DNA from: Thermodesulfovibrionales bacterium
GTDB lineage: Bacteria > Nitrospirota > Thermodesulfovibrionia > Thermodesulfovibrionales > SM23-35
Length of the DNA stretch: 44,534 nucleotides
Reading direction: 5' to 3'
Assembly (NCBI GenBank): GCA_020062205.1
Contig: JAGUWT010000248.1
Coordinates: 1-44,534 of the forward strand
Of the stretch, positions 9,000-18,019 are shown one piece after another. Below the pieces are notes generated by a model that was not told the origin of the DNA, ran no database searches, and worked only from the letters and a program-made list of their open reading frames with translations. The translations under genes and the position numbers were made by a program. Numbering within the stretch: the stretch's first letter is position 1; the number at the start of each line of letters is the position of its first letter.

Positions 9000-9106
9000 T
9001 CTATGACCTAATACCTACCACCTATTACCTATTACCCATTACCCTATCATCTCTCTAATTCCACCCATCACCTATTACCTATTACCTCTCACCCAATATC
9101 CATCAT
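9000..9106. repeat. Heptamer-periodic array immediately 5' of the four-helix-bundle ORF, inverted relative to 8580-8614
   Basis: About 15 units: TATGACC TAATACC TACCACC TATTACC TATTACC CATTACC ... CTATTAC CTATTAC CTCTCAC. Segment 9000-9023 is complementary to 8580-8603 at 18/24 positions, with a perfect 10-nt core CTATGACCTA. Confidence 0.7.
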
Positions 9107-9109
9107 GAG

Positions 9110-9886
9110 TTATATCCTTCCTGCTAACTTTTCTTTGATCAAGCCAAGATATTCATGAAAAGCTACCTCGATTTTTTCAACACTATCCGCTCTTGGGAAA
9201 AATTCTTTAGGTGGAATTTCATGATATTTCTTAACTAAGTGATCTGTCGGAGCAGGTATGGGCTTCATTCCAAATTTCTTAAACAGTGCCATAGATCGCG
9301 GCATGTGGGAAGCTGAGGTCACCAGAATAAATTTTTCTTCTCCTATCATATCTTTTATAATTTTTGCCTCCTCGTATGTATTCTTAGAACTGTCCTCAAG
9401 TATAATGTCTTCCTTTTTTACACCGAGTAACAGCGCCATTTTATACATCAATTCCGCATTTGTAGTCGGTTCATACTTACTATTCCCTCCAGAAAGAATC
9501 AATTTAGAGCCTGGGACTTGTCTATACAAATGTATCCCCTCGATCAACCTGACTAAAGATGATGGTTGAAACTGGCTCGCAGTGGTTATGGTAGGATCAC
9601 AAACCTGACCTCCACCCAGAACTACTATATACTTTGCGCCTAATTTATCGATATCCCCCTGACCTGACACATCGACAGCAGGATAATGTCTTTCGAGGGG
9701 ACGGAGTATTGCTGAGGCTAATGGATATGTACTCAAGGCCAGCAATAACAAAAGACCAATTGTAACCAAACATTTCCCTGCTTTCTGCTTTTTCGTGAAC
9801 CATAGGAGAATAAGACCAAGTAGAAATAGTTCGATCGAGATTTCTAAAGGGTATAAAAAGTTGACTAATAATTTGATTATTTCCAT
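9110..9886 (-). CDS. DUF218 (YdcF/ElyC/SanA-like) membrane-anchored protein
   Basis: 258 aa with N-terminal TM segments. YIVVLGGG, LILSGG, NTYEEA and ILVTSASHMPRS are the DUF218 pattern. Confidence 0.8.
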   Translation of the reverse strand: MEIIKLLVNFLYPLEISIELFLLGLILLWFTKKQKAGKCLVTIGLLLLLALSTYPLASAILRPLERHYPAVDVSGQGDIDKLGAKYIVVLGGGQVCDPTITTASQFQPSSLVRLIEGIHLYRQVPGSKLILSGGNSKYEPTTNAELMYKMALLLGVKKEDIILEDSSKNTYEEAKIIKDMIGEEKFILVTSASHMPRSMALFKKFGMKPIPAPTDHLVKKYHEIPPKEFFPRADSVEKIEVAFHEYLGLIKEKLAGRI

Positions 9887-9970
9887 AACTTACTCCTCGA
9901 TAATAAATAATGGGCAGTTCATGTGGAACAGCATAAAAGAATAACCAGGAGCCTTGATCATAAGATATAT

Positions 9971-11131
9971 TCAATCTTGCATTTTGTAAGATGCAGGGGC
10001 TTTACCTGTAATGCCTTTTGCAACCCCAATCATTATTCCAAGCATTGCGACACAAAAACTAAAAGCAGTTGATGTAATAGGTATCTTTATCTTTAAGTAT
10101 TCGCCGAACCATCCCAGAATCGCAAAAACATAAAAAATAATTTGCATAACGAAAGAGGTCTGATAAAATACACCCTCCTCTAAAAGGAATATATTGAAGA
10201 TCAATATAACTGCCATAAAATATAGCGTAAAATATCTTAAAACCCTATGAGACAAAACACTCCAACTTAAGAATGGATGTTTAACCCATTCTTTAAGATA
10301 AATTCTTTTTGATAAAGTCGATAGGGTCTGCGAGGTTCCACGAATTCTATAATTCAACTCACTTTTAAAAGAATGCGGTGGTATATCATAGGCTATAGCA
10401 TCCTTGGCAAATACTACCCTATATCCCTGAAGGACTATGTCAATAACAGTAGTTGTGTCAATATCATCAGTTGGAGCAAGCCATTTGAAGAGCTTTTTAC
10501 GAATTGCCATGCAAGCTCCTGTGCCATTGGCAAGTATACCAAGTTTACTTTCTAAATCTTTCAATTTAATTTCCCATTTATTGTAGTAGAAAGTCTCTAC
10601 TTCTGAAATACAACTTCCCGTAGATTTATATATGAGATTTCCAACAACGCAGCCTACGTGCGAGTCAGAAAATGGCAAAATAACTTTGTTAACAAAATCT
10701 TTTTCAAATATAGTATCAGCATCAGTAAAAGTAACTATGTCGCCCTTTGCAACTTTTAAAGAATCATTGTGAATAGCCGCTCTTCCTCTATTTTCTTTAA
10801 ACTCTAAAATCTTAACCCCGTAGTCCTCAAATTTTCTAGCTTTTTCAACGGTACTATCAATAGAACCGTCAGAGGAAATTATTATTTCCAGCCCATCTTT
10901 TGGATAGTCTAATTCGAGCAGATTCTTTATACGATTTTCTATAACCTTTTCCTCATCATAAGCAGCAACGATAACAGAAACACTCGGCTGCCACTCGAGG
11001 GCATTTAAGCCTTTTCTGCTTTTCTTTTTTATAACTTTATCTATGGCATAAAGAATAAGATAATACCCGAAATAAGTGTAAAACACGAAGAATAAGCATA
11101 GCCAGAAAATTAGAATACCTATACTCATCAT
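9971..11131 (-). CDS. Membrane-embedded GT2 glycosyltransferase (synthase-like topology)
   Basis: 386 aa. N-terminal TM, VSVIVAAYDEE, SSDGSID, FTDADT, and several C-terminal TM helices. No canonical QxxRW motif (it has YRIRG). Confidence 0.8.
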   Translation of the reverse strand: MMSIGILIFWLCLFFVFYTYFGYYLILYAIDKVIKKKSRKGLNALEWQPSVSVIVAAYDEEKVIENRIKNLLELDYPKDGLEIIISSDGSIDSTVEKARKFEDYGVKILEFKENRGRAAIHNDSLKVAKGDIVTFTDADTIFEKDFVNKVILPFSDSHVGCVVGNLIYKSTGSCISEVETFYYNKWEIKLKDLESKLGILANGTGACMAIRKKLFKWLAPTDDIDTTTVIDIVLQGYRVVFAKDAIAYDIPPHSFKSELNYRIRGTSQTLSTLSKRIYLKEWVKHPFLSWSVLSHRVLRYFTLYFMAVILIFNIFLLEEGVFYQTSFVMQIIFYVFAILGWFGEYLKIKIPITSTAFSFCVAMLGIMIGVAKGITGKAPASYKMQD

Positions 11132-11276
11132 TAAAACTTACCTACCTAAAAATTTCTATTTTGGGCTGAAATCTTCACTTGGGCCCATCATAACGGTATA
11201 GATAGTAAACTGCCACAGAGGGCTATGTGGATCATCTCTCCAGCATAATTTAAAGCGTAAGTTGACCTATCAGGTC

Positions 11277-12227
11277 TCATCTTGTCCACAACCTTACTTT
11301 AAGAAACTTCAGCATATTAAAATGAATACTTCGCATATTGTAATACGCTGAAAATGCATACGGCACCAATGAAGCAAGACACTTTATCCGCAGATATAAA
11401 GGCGCTTCTTGTTCTTCATACTCATATCCCAGAAATATCATCTCCTTTTTGCAGAATTTATTGCAAAAATATTTTTCAACATTAGATAGTATCGGTTTTT
11501 TCTTGTGTGTAAAGGAAGAATTATGTCCTATTATATAATCTGCCTCACCATTATATGGCAAATTAAGGAAAGCACAGATATGCTCGAACGTCTTATGCCT
11601 ATTCTCTACAAGATCTTCATATCGTACATACAACATTCTATCAGGATTTTCCGTGCTCCATCGAATGGACTGCCTAATACTATTTCTCCATAAGATAGCT
11701 GTAGCGATAGGATGGAACACGGGGTTTCCGTTCAAGCCCTTAAAACTATGATATTTATAAGACACGAGTGTGTCATATGGATGTCTTATTACATATATAA
11801 TTTTCGAATCAGGGAATACGTGATTTATTTCATTTAAAAAAAATCGATAACCAGGATCCTTCTCTCCTAAAAGTGCATATCCCAGATATCCCTGAACAAA
11901 ATGGTACCCCCTTCTTAGAAATTCCTTCGCGCTTAAATCTCTATAAAAAAAAGAAGATATAAGGTGTTGAGGAATATCCATATGCGCAAAAGAATTTTCA
12001 AGATTTTTACCTTCAGTGGTAGCTGGTTCTACAAGTCTGCTGCACAAATCTTTAATAAGACTTTGGCATATTTTTGCATCAATTACTCCTGACAATCCGT
12101 ACTTTTCGATAACATTATAAATTAAGCCAGATTCGAAGAGCATGCTTACGCCATTAATTGATGCAAGAATATGACACAATAATGAAGTTCCACTCCGGTG
12201 CGGCCCAACCACAAAAAAAGGTGCCAT
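11277..12227 (-). CDS. Sulfotransferase-family protein (PAPS-dependent)
   Basis: 5'-PSB-like loop VVGPHRSGTSLL and 3'-PB-like YVIRHPYDTLVS. I prefer the start at the internal ATG ~12227, which is preceded by GAAGGAGGAACAA. The longer track ORF (to 12311) would overlap the upstream GT2 by 55 nt. Confidence 0.75.
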   Translation of the reverse strand: MAPFFVVGPHRSGTSLLCHILASINGVSMLFESGLIYNVIEKYGLSGVIDAKICQSLIKDLCSRLVEPATTEGKNLENSFAHMDIPQHLISSFFYRDLSAKEFLRRGYHFVQGYLGYALLGEKDPGYRFFLNEINHVFPDSKIIYVIRHPYDTLVSYKYHSFKGLNGNPVFHPIATAILWRNSIRQSIRWSTENPDRMLYVRYEDLVENRHKTFEHICAFLNLPYNGEADYIIGHNSSFTHKKKPILSNVEKYFCNKFCKKEMIFLGYEYEEQEAPLYLRIKCLASLVPYAFSAYYNMRSIHFNMLKFLKVRLWTR

Positions 12228-12256
12228 TTGTTCCTCCTTCCTTATGGCGCGATTAT

Positions 12257-13240
12257 TCACGAAGCTTTGCCAACTATAATTTTCATTAAAGTTGCCGTAT
12301 ACCTTTGCCATAGATCAACGTTTTTATCTCGTTTTTTAAAAATGTGGCTATAATACAAAAACCAAGGGCCTCTTGCTATTAAGGCAAATGTTAAAAGGAT
12401 TTTAACTTTAATGCAATCCGCTCTCCCATGATGCTTTTTAAAATAGTAATGGCAACTTTCCGCCCTTCGGCAAAGGGAGAGGGGATTAAATTCTCCTCCC
12501 GAACTTTTTCCTGAATAATGAATTATCTTTGCTTCTGGGAAATAGACGATTTTCCACCCTGCTTTTTTAATTCGAAAACAAAAATCCACATCCTCCGAAT
12601 ACATAAAAATTTTTTCATCCAACAGGCCGACTTGCTCTATTACTTCTCTCTTTACAAGCAAGCATGCACCTGAAGCATTATCAACCTCTGTGAGAGACTT
12701 AAGGCCGAGAGGCAAAAAATAAGACTTGATTTGTTCCCCTAAAAACTTTTTAAAATTAGTTTTGACTACAAAATTCTTAAATTTAGTAGCCAAAAATATT
12801 CTGGGCACACAAAAACGCAAAAAAACCGTAAATGGGCCATAAAACTTACCAACAGATGACTGGATGAAACCATTTGAATAAACCAATTTTGGAGCGAGAA
12901 CTCCCGTTTTCTGATTTTCTTCCATAAATTCGATCATCAAATTCAGAGATTTTGGTGTTACAATTGTATCTGGATTAAGCAAAAGTATATAACGCCCTTC
13001 CGCAATTCGGATCGCCTGATTATTTGCCTTAGAAAAACCTACATTGTTTTGGTTTTCTATCAAATTCACAGAAGGAAACTTTTTTTTAACCATCTCTTGG
13101 CTGCCATCATTAGAATTATTGTCCACAACAAATATCTCATATTTCAATGAACCTTGATTAAGAGTTTCAAATAAAGATTCAAGGCAATTTCTGATGTAGT
13201 TCTTTGTATTATAATTAACTATTATGATAGATATATCCAC
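12257..13240 (-). CDS. GT2-family glycosyltransferase
   Basis: 327 aa. ISIIIVNYNTKNY..VVDNNSNDGS, LLNPDT and EDVDFCFR. Confidence 0.85.
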   Translation of the reverse strand: MDISIIIVNYNTKNYIRNCLESLFETLNQGSLKYEIFVVDNNSNDGSQEMVKKKFPSVNLIENQNNVGFSKANNQAIRIAEGRYILLLNPDTIVTPKSLNLMIEFMEENQKTGVLAPKLVYSNGFIQSSVGKFYGPFTVFLRFCVPRIFLATKFKNFVVKTNFKKFLGEQIKSYFLPLGLKSLTEVDNASGACLLVKREVIEQVGLLDEKIFMYSEDVDFCFRIKKAGWKIVYFPEAKIIHYSGKSSGGEFNPLSLCRRAESCHYYFKKHHGRADCIKVKILLTFALIARGPWFLYYSHIFKKRDKNVDLWQRYTATLMKIIVGKAS

Positions 13241-13243
13241 TGT

Positions 13244-14617
13244 CTATTTTCTCAGGGTTTCTTTTTTTAATAAATTAAAGATTACGGCTGAGCAACCCAA
13301 AATATACCATACCGGCAAAACATAATAAAAATTTAAGGTAAGAAAGAATACTATGATGGAAATTAAAGAAGCAGAAATGCCTTCCTGCAGCCACCTCGCA
13401 TTATCCACATTTCTTCTCAAAATCTTTATTAATCCGACTAGAACACTACCTAAAAAGGAAAGAAAGATCAAAAAACCAATTAATCCCTGTTCTGTTAATA
13501 TTTGGATGTAATCATTGTGAGAAAGACACTCTGTATAAGGGGGGACGGGAAACCAAAGTCTCCTAAAATTTCCTAATCCTATTCCAAAAATTGGGTGAGC
13601 AAAGAAAACGTCTAAACCACCAGAAATCCACACCATTCTGTCTTTTTCTGATAAACCATCTGCCCCTATTCCCCCTGTCTCCTCCAAGACTTGGAAAGTT
13701 AGTTGTGGTATGAAGATAGTTACAAAAATACTGATTATAATCATCGCGGAAATCAAAATTTTTAAATAAGCTCTACGGTGCTTTGATATCATCAAAAGAA
13801 ATATTATTGCCACAAGTATGGAAAGGTAGGCTCCTCGACAAACCGTATAGATTAACGAACCAAGAAATATAAAAGTACCTGAAAAACTCACCCAATTTTT
13901 ATGAAAAATAGTGTAAGAAAGCATTAAAGGTGTAAATACTACAAGAAAAAGGCCGAGTTGACTTTTCCCCCCCTGCTCAGTATGTCTAAAAATATCATTT
14001 CCCAAAACTATGGAGTGAAAAACAAAAAGATATTTATAAACTAAAAATATAAGTAAAATGGTAGCAAAAATAAAAATAAGTTTAAACATCTTCTCTAACA
14101 GTTTCGAGTCTTTTATACTTAGAGCCATTAAAATATAGACAAAAATTCCAAAGGCAAGGGTAACTATTATTTTTAAGCCCCAAGCACTTACCCCTCCATA
14201 AAACAAAGAAAATACATGATTAGCGAAAAACGCACATATCAGCCAAAAGTTAGGAATATTATTAGTTTTAAGGCTTCCCTTTAATAGAAAAAATAATAAA
14301 AATGCTATTCCCAGTAAAAGTAAGGTAATCATCGACAAATCAGGGTGAAACATTGTACCAATACTAATTCTAAATTCTTCTCCTAGTAGCCAAAAAGGCA
14401 ATAGAGCAGAAAATAAAAACCATCCTCTCTCATATTTCTCTAAAAAAAACAGGAATGCCGAGATTGAAATCAGCAAACCAAGAAAGACGGCAAGCCCAAC
14501 CTCATTACCGCATGAGATAATAAGTCCTACTAACAAACCAGAAAAAACGATAATCCCCACATACGTCAATTTACGCAATTTATGATATGAGCTCTGAGCA
14601 ATCATATCTCTAAACAC
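13244..14617 (-). CDS. O-antigen ligase/polymerase-like (Wzy_C domain) polytopic membrane protein; WaaL, Wzy or a PglL-type O-oligosaccharyltransferase cannot be told apart
   Basis: 457 aa with at least 10 hydrophobic segments. SHNDYIQILTEQGLIGFLIFL is the Wzy_C hallmark. Confidence 0.8.
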   Translation of the reverse strand: MFRDMIAQSSYHKLRKLTYVGIIVFSGLLVGLIISCGNEVGLAVFLGLLISISAFLFFLEKYERGWFLFSALLPFWLLGEEFRISIGTMFHPDLSMITLLLLGIAFLLFFLLKGSLKTNNIPNFWLICAFFANHVFSLFYGGVSAWGLKIIVTLAFGIFVYILMALSIKDSKLLEKMFKLIFIFATILLIFLVYKYLFVFHSIVLGNDIFRHTEQGGKSQLGLFLVVFTPLMLSYTIFHKNWVSFSGTFIFLGSLIYTVCRGAYLSILVAIIFLLMISKHRRAYLKILISAMIIISIFVTIFIPQLTFQVLEETGGIGADGLSEKDRMVWISGGLDVFFAHPIFGIGLGNFRRLWFPVPPYTECLSHNDYIQILTEQGLIGFLIFLSFLGSVLVGLIKILRRNVDNARWLQEGISASLISIIVFFLTLNFYYVLPVWYILGCSAVIFNLLKKETLRK

Positions 14618-15515
14618 CGCAAAATTCCCCCATCTTCTTACGCAGAAAATCTCTTATGGCAATCTTACTATAGTAAATCTCTTCCTCCTTTTTCCGTAAT
14701 TTCCAAATTATAAATTTTACTAAGCAGGTAGTTACGATTAAATACAGGAAAAATATATAAAACCAATACCCGCATAACTTTTTTGAAAAATATAATCTAT
14801 TTCTAGTCGCATAGTATGTTAGTAAACCCAAATTCAGTTTTTTACTGGTCATGCTTACCTTGTGGTATATTTTACTATCAGACACATATAAAATTTTAAA
14901 TCCGGCATCTGTAGTTCTTTTACAAAAATCAATATCTTCTCCATATAAAAAATAATTCTCATCCCAAAGTCCGATTTTTTTAAATACTTCTTTTTTAATA
15001 AGCATACAGCAGCCAGAGGAGAAGGTTATATATCTATTCTTATTATATTGGTTTTCACCTTTTCCTTTACCTATCGGAAAACCAGAACCACGAATTTTGC
15101 TTATATATCCGCCGGCTAACCAAATTTTATTGGGTTTTGAATAATAATTTATCTTGGGAACCAAAATGCCAATTTCCGAATTACTTTCATCAGCTTCTAT
15201 CAAAAAATCCAGAAATCTCGGATCAACCGCGACATCATTATTTAATAATAATATATAATCAGCTTTTTCTCTTAATGCATATTTTATAGCTATGTTATTT
15301 CCAGCAGAAAAACCTAAATTATCTTTATTATAAATATAAATATGCTCAGGAAATTCTTTTTGAAGTCTTTGAGTCGAACCATCTTTCGAGCCATTATCAA
15401 CAACAATTATTCCATAGTTGAGATAAGTAATTTTCCTTAAAGAATCTAAGCATTCTTTGGTATCTTCATAATTATTCCAGGTGAGAATTATTACCGAAAC
15501 TTTTGGATGTTCCAT
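14610..15515 (-). CDS. GT2-family glycosyltransferase
   Basis: 301 aa. VSVIILTWNNYEDT..VVDNGSKDGS, LLNNDV and EDIDFCKR. Confidence 0.85.
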   Translation of the reverse strand: MEHPKVSVIILTWNNYEDTKECLDSLRKITYLNYGIIVVDNGSKDGSTQRLQKEFPEHIYIYNKDNLGFSAGNNIAIKYALREKADYILLLNNDVAVDPRFLDFLIEADESNSEIGILVPKINYYSKPNKIWLAGGYISKIRGSGFPIGKGKGENQYNKNRYITFSSGCCMLIKKEVFKKIGLWDENYFLYGEDIDFCKRTTDAGFKILYVSDSKIYHKVSMTSKKLNLGLLTYYATRNRLYFSKKLCGYWFYIFFLYLIVTTCLVKFIIWKLRKKEEEIYYSKIAIRDFLRKKMGEFCGV

Positions 15516-15667
15516 TTTCTATAGCCTTAATCCCTCAAAACCCCGCAACTCTTCATGAAAATCCTTTAATGGATTATACATCATGAACTGCCGGGAATGT
15601 GCTATGTTTTTAGTTTCCTAATCGGATCCACCCCAAATTTCTCATTAAGCGACCAAGATGCAAACAT

Positions 15668-17152
15668 TTATTTAGATCGATTCCAGATATCACGAATACT
15701 CGCGGCAGTAAGTTTACTCGCCTCGTCTCCGAAAGCAACACAAAATTCTTTCACGTAACGGTCTACGGTAATAGGCAGTGAAGGGTTTAAGTTCCAATCG
15801 TATTTTTTTTCATTAAGTATGCTTTGCAATTCAGATGCCGATCGAGCTACTAATACTGCTCCCATATCAGCCATTCTCTGGTTTGCATAAAGTTCACCAT
15901 CCAAATTTATCAAAATAACTGGCCGCCGCATGACCAATGCATCAGCAGCTACACCAGAATATTCCACCACTACGACATCGGCCAAACTTATAGCTTCTTC
16001 AATACTCATTTCATCCCCTGAAAAAATATGAATTCTTGATTCATCGGCGAAAAGGGCCTGATATAGATGTTTTGTCTCTCCGGGATGGCACTTAATAATT
16101 AAACGATGATCAGATAAGGATTGCATGCCTTGCCAAACGAGTTTGGCCAAACGTCGGCGGAGGTAATCTGGGTTATTGTCAGGTGCTAAGAGAACCAATG
16201 CATCAGAATGGGGTATGCCCCACTTTTTCATATGTCTCTCCCACACAGTTTCTCGGGGCTCTATCACCCGTTGCAAGCGAGGGCAACCCACAAGCCTAAT
16301 ACGACTTTCAGCAGTTCCAAATGCACGAAATACTCTCGCATGTTCTTCACCCCATAGAAGGGCATAATCGGTCCAAAGAGGAACATACCCTATGAGTACA
16401 CCCAATGTTCCGTGTTGTAAAGTTAGAGTAGGGATACCGCGAATTCGAGCTAAAAACACCAGCAGACTAGAAAATTGCTGATGGTCATGTATGGTAACTA
16501 TCAATTTTGGATTGGTTGCATCCAGCAACGCGCAAATTTCTGCTGCCATTACAACAGATCGAGCCATTATTTTCAGGATAAAACCTTCCGTGTTCGGCGC
16601 TTGCCACTGTTCGCGTAATATTGGGTTAACCATTCTGCGCCATTGCAACCATTGGCTATTGATTTGCTTCTGCGCAAATGATGTCACCCCTGGCATTTTC
16701 AGGTACTCAGTCACGATAGGTATGTCGCTACAACAAACATGCTCTGGATTTGAATGGCTTCCTATTATCATCCAAAGCGGCAAATCTTGCAGAAAGGGAA
16801 TAACACCAGCTATAAGATCCCATTCTTTACTCATAGTACCATAAACATGAATGAGCAAGCCATTCTGTGGAATAGTATCTAAGTCAAAAGACTTACCAAA
16901 TCGCCCGTGCCAATAGAAAGAATAGAATCGCGCCAACAGCTTCTCCAGAAATGGTTCCCACGGTTGATGTTTCACCTGGGCCCCTATCTTGCGAGCCTCT
17001 ATTTGGCAATATATTGGTATAATAGCAGAAAAATTGAGTGAAAATTCTTGTAATGCACGTACCAGATTTAAAACTTCAGTTTGCTCCGTTGTTAATGCAA
17101 ACCCTTCTGGAACCTCTGCTGGCGACAACAAGTATTCAAATTGAAAAGACAA
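15668..17152 (-). CDS. Hypothetical protein with a possible GT-B-like C-terminal half (candidate glycosyl-, phospho- or ulosonic-acid transferase)
   Basis: 494 aa with no family motif I can name securely. LIIKCHPGE .. VVVVEYSGVAADALVMRRPVILINLDG recalls the K-x-HP motif plus Rossmann strand of the TagF/KpsS/polysialyltransferase classes. Looks GC-richer than its neighbours. Confidence 0.4.
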   Translation of the reverse strand: MSFQFEYLLSPAEVPEGFALTTEQTEVLNLVRALQEFSLNFSAIIPIYCQIEARKIGAQVKHQPWEPFLEKLLARFYSFYWHGRFGKSFDLDTIPQNGLLIHVYGTMSKEWDLIAGVIPFLQDLPLWMIIGSHSNPEHVCCSDIPIVTEYLKMPGVTSFAQKQINSQWLQWRRMVNPILREQWQAPNTEGFILKIMARSVVMAAEICALLDATNPKLIVTIHDHQQFSSLLVFLARIRGIPTLTLQHGTLGVLIGYVPLWTDYALLWGEEHARVFRAFGTAESRIRLVGCPRLQRVIEPRETVWERHMKKWGIPHSDALVLLAPDNNPDYLRRRLAKLVWQGMQSLSDHRLIIKCHPGETKHLYQALFADESRIHIFSGDEMSIEEAISLADVVVVEYSGVAADALVMRRPVILINLDGELYANQRMADMGAVLVARSASELQSILNEKKYDWNLNPSLPITVDRYVKEFCVAFGDEASKLTAASIRDIWNRSK

Positions 17153-17218
17153 AATTTTCCTCTTCTCACAAGTATTGAAAAATTAATTTAAACCTAAATC
17201 CAGTGACTATTGAAAGTC

Positions 17219-17765
17219 CTACATTAAAACTGCCACCCTCTCCCCTATCAGCCCATAAATACCATAATTCAGATACCTGTCAAAGATATAGGCGATGGCG
17301 CAGTAGGCTATAATTCCGAGTGCACCAGCTTCAAGGAAAACAGTAGGGCAACCCTCAGTATCAAGAGTGGTTTCAACCTGCCGGTGCGGCATAACAAAAA
17401 TATCGCGGATTTCGTATAAGCAACTCAATTCTATATCATCAACTATGCCAGTAAAAATCACCTGTTTACTTAATCCAGTTTCTTCAACCTGCTGTTTTAA
17501 TGTTATTTTTTTGACCAGTGCCAACGACTACATATTTAAGATCAGGAAAAGTTCGACTAATATCAGGTAAAGCGCTAATTACAGCAGAATGACCTTTACG
17601 TTCTTCCAATGCTCCAACTGTTAGTAAGACTTTATGGTTTACAAGATTATATTTACGACGAATTGTTTCAATCTGTTCAGATGTTGCAACGAACCGTTTC
17701 CGGTAGCTAACTACTGGAAGTACCTGGGTTTTCCACCCGTCCATAACCTTCCATCCACATATCAA
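17219..17765 (-). pseudogene. Remnant of a GT4 (GT-B) glycosyltransferase: N-terminal domain missing, frameshift in an A/T homopolymer, aberrant C-terminus
   Basis: Two overlapping track ORFs in different frames. ..KVLLTVGALEERKGHSAVISALPDISRTFPDLKYVVVGTGQ and ..LKQQVEETGLSKQVIFTGIVDDIELSCLYEIRDIFVMPHR..EGCPTVFLEAGALG together make a GT4 C-domain. The frames switch at the T7 run at ~17506-17512. Confidence 0.7.
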
Positions 17766-17823
17766 AACCTACAATCTCTGACCCAGTATCTTATTGTTGA
17801 AGGGGCAATCGATAATCTGCACC

Positions 17824-17922
17824 CTACCCTACCTCCGGTACGCTCAACCCTTCTTCCGTTACCAAGTTAACTGTTTCCTCTCGAAGCTCCTTTGTGTATA
17901 TACCTCTTGGAATCCTTTTCAT
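17824..17922 (-). pseudogene. 32-codon stub resembling the N-terminus of an IS3-family OrfA (HTH transposase)
   Basis: Hand translation gives MKRIPRGIYTKELREETVNLVTEEGLSVPEVG*, preceded by GGAGG. It resembles the IS3/IS911 OrfA HTH start. Too short to be certain. Confidence 0.4.
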
Positions 17923-18019
17923 TCTGACACCTCCGTCTTTGTATTTTACCTCAACTTTGGTGTCCACTAATACCATCTTACATCAGTTTTCATACTCATC
18001 GCTCCTTATAATTTAGCTT

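Noticed and set aside
9000-9106. The repetitive tract considered as a CRISPR array or a promoter UP-element.
   Set aside because: The period is 7 nt, with no repeat-spacer organisation and no cas genes. It mirrors an inverted array on the other side of the ORF, so I classify it as a heptamer-periodic flank.
9645-9974. 109-aa minus-strand ORF spanning the DUF218/GT2 junction. Other internal out-of-frame minus ORFs are similar: 4895-5149, 8261-8443, 21491-21709, 21795-22034, 22137-22343, 22967-23284, 25988-26221, 28610-28882, 31120-31317, 32961-33164, 37750-37983 and 38522-38725.
   Set aside because: They overlap better-supported genes in another frame and have no motifs.
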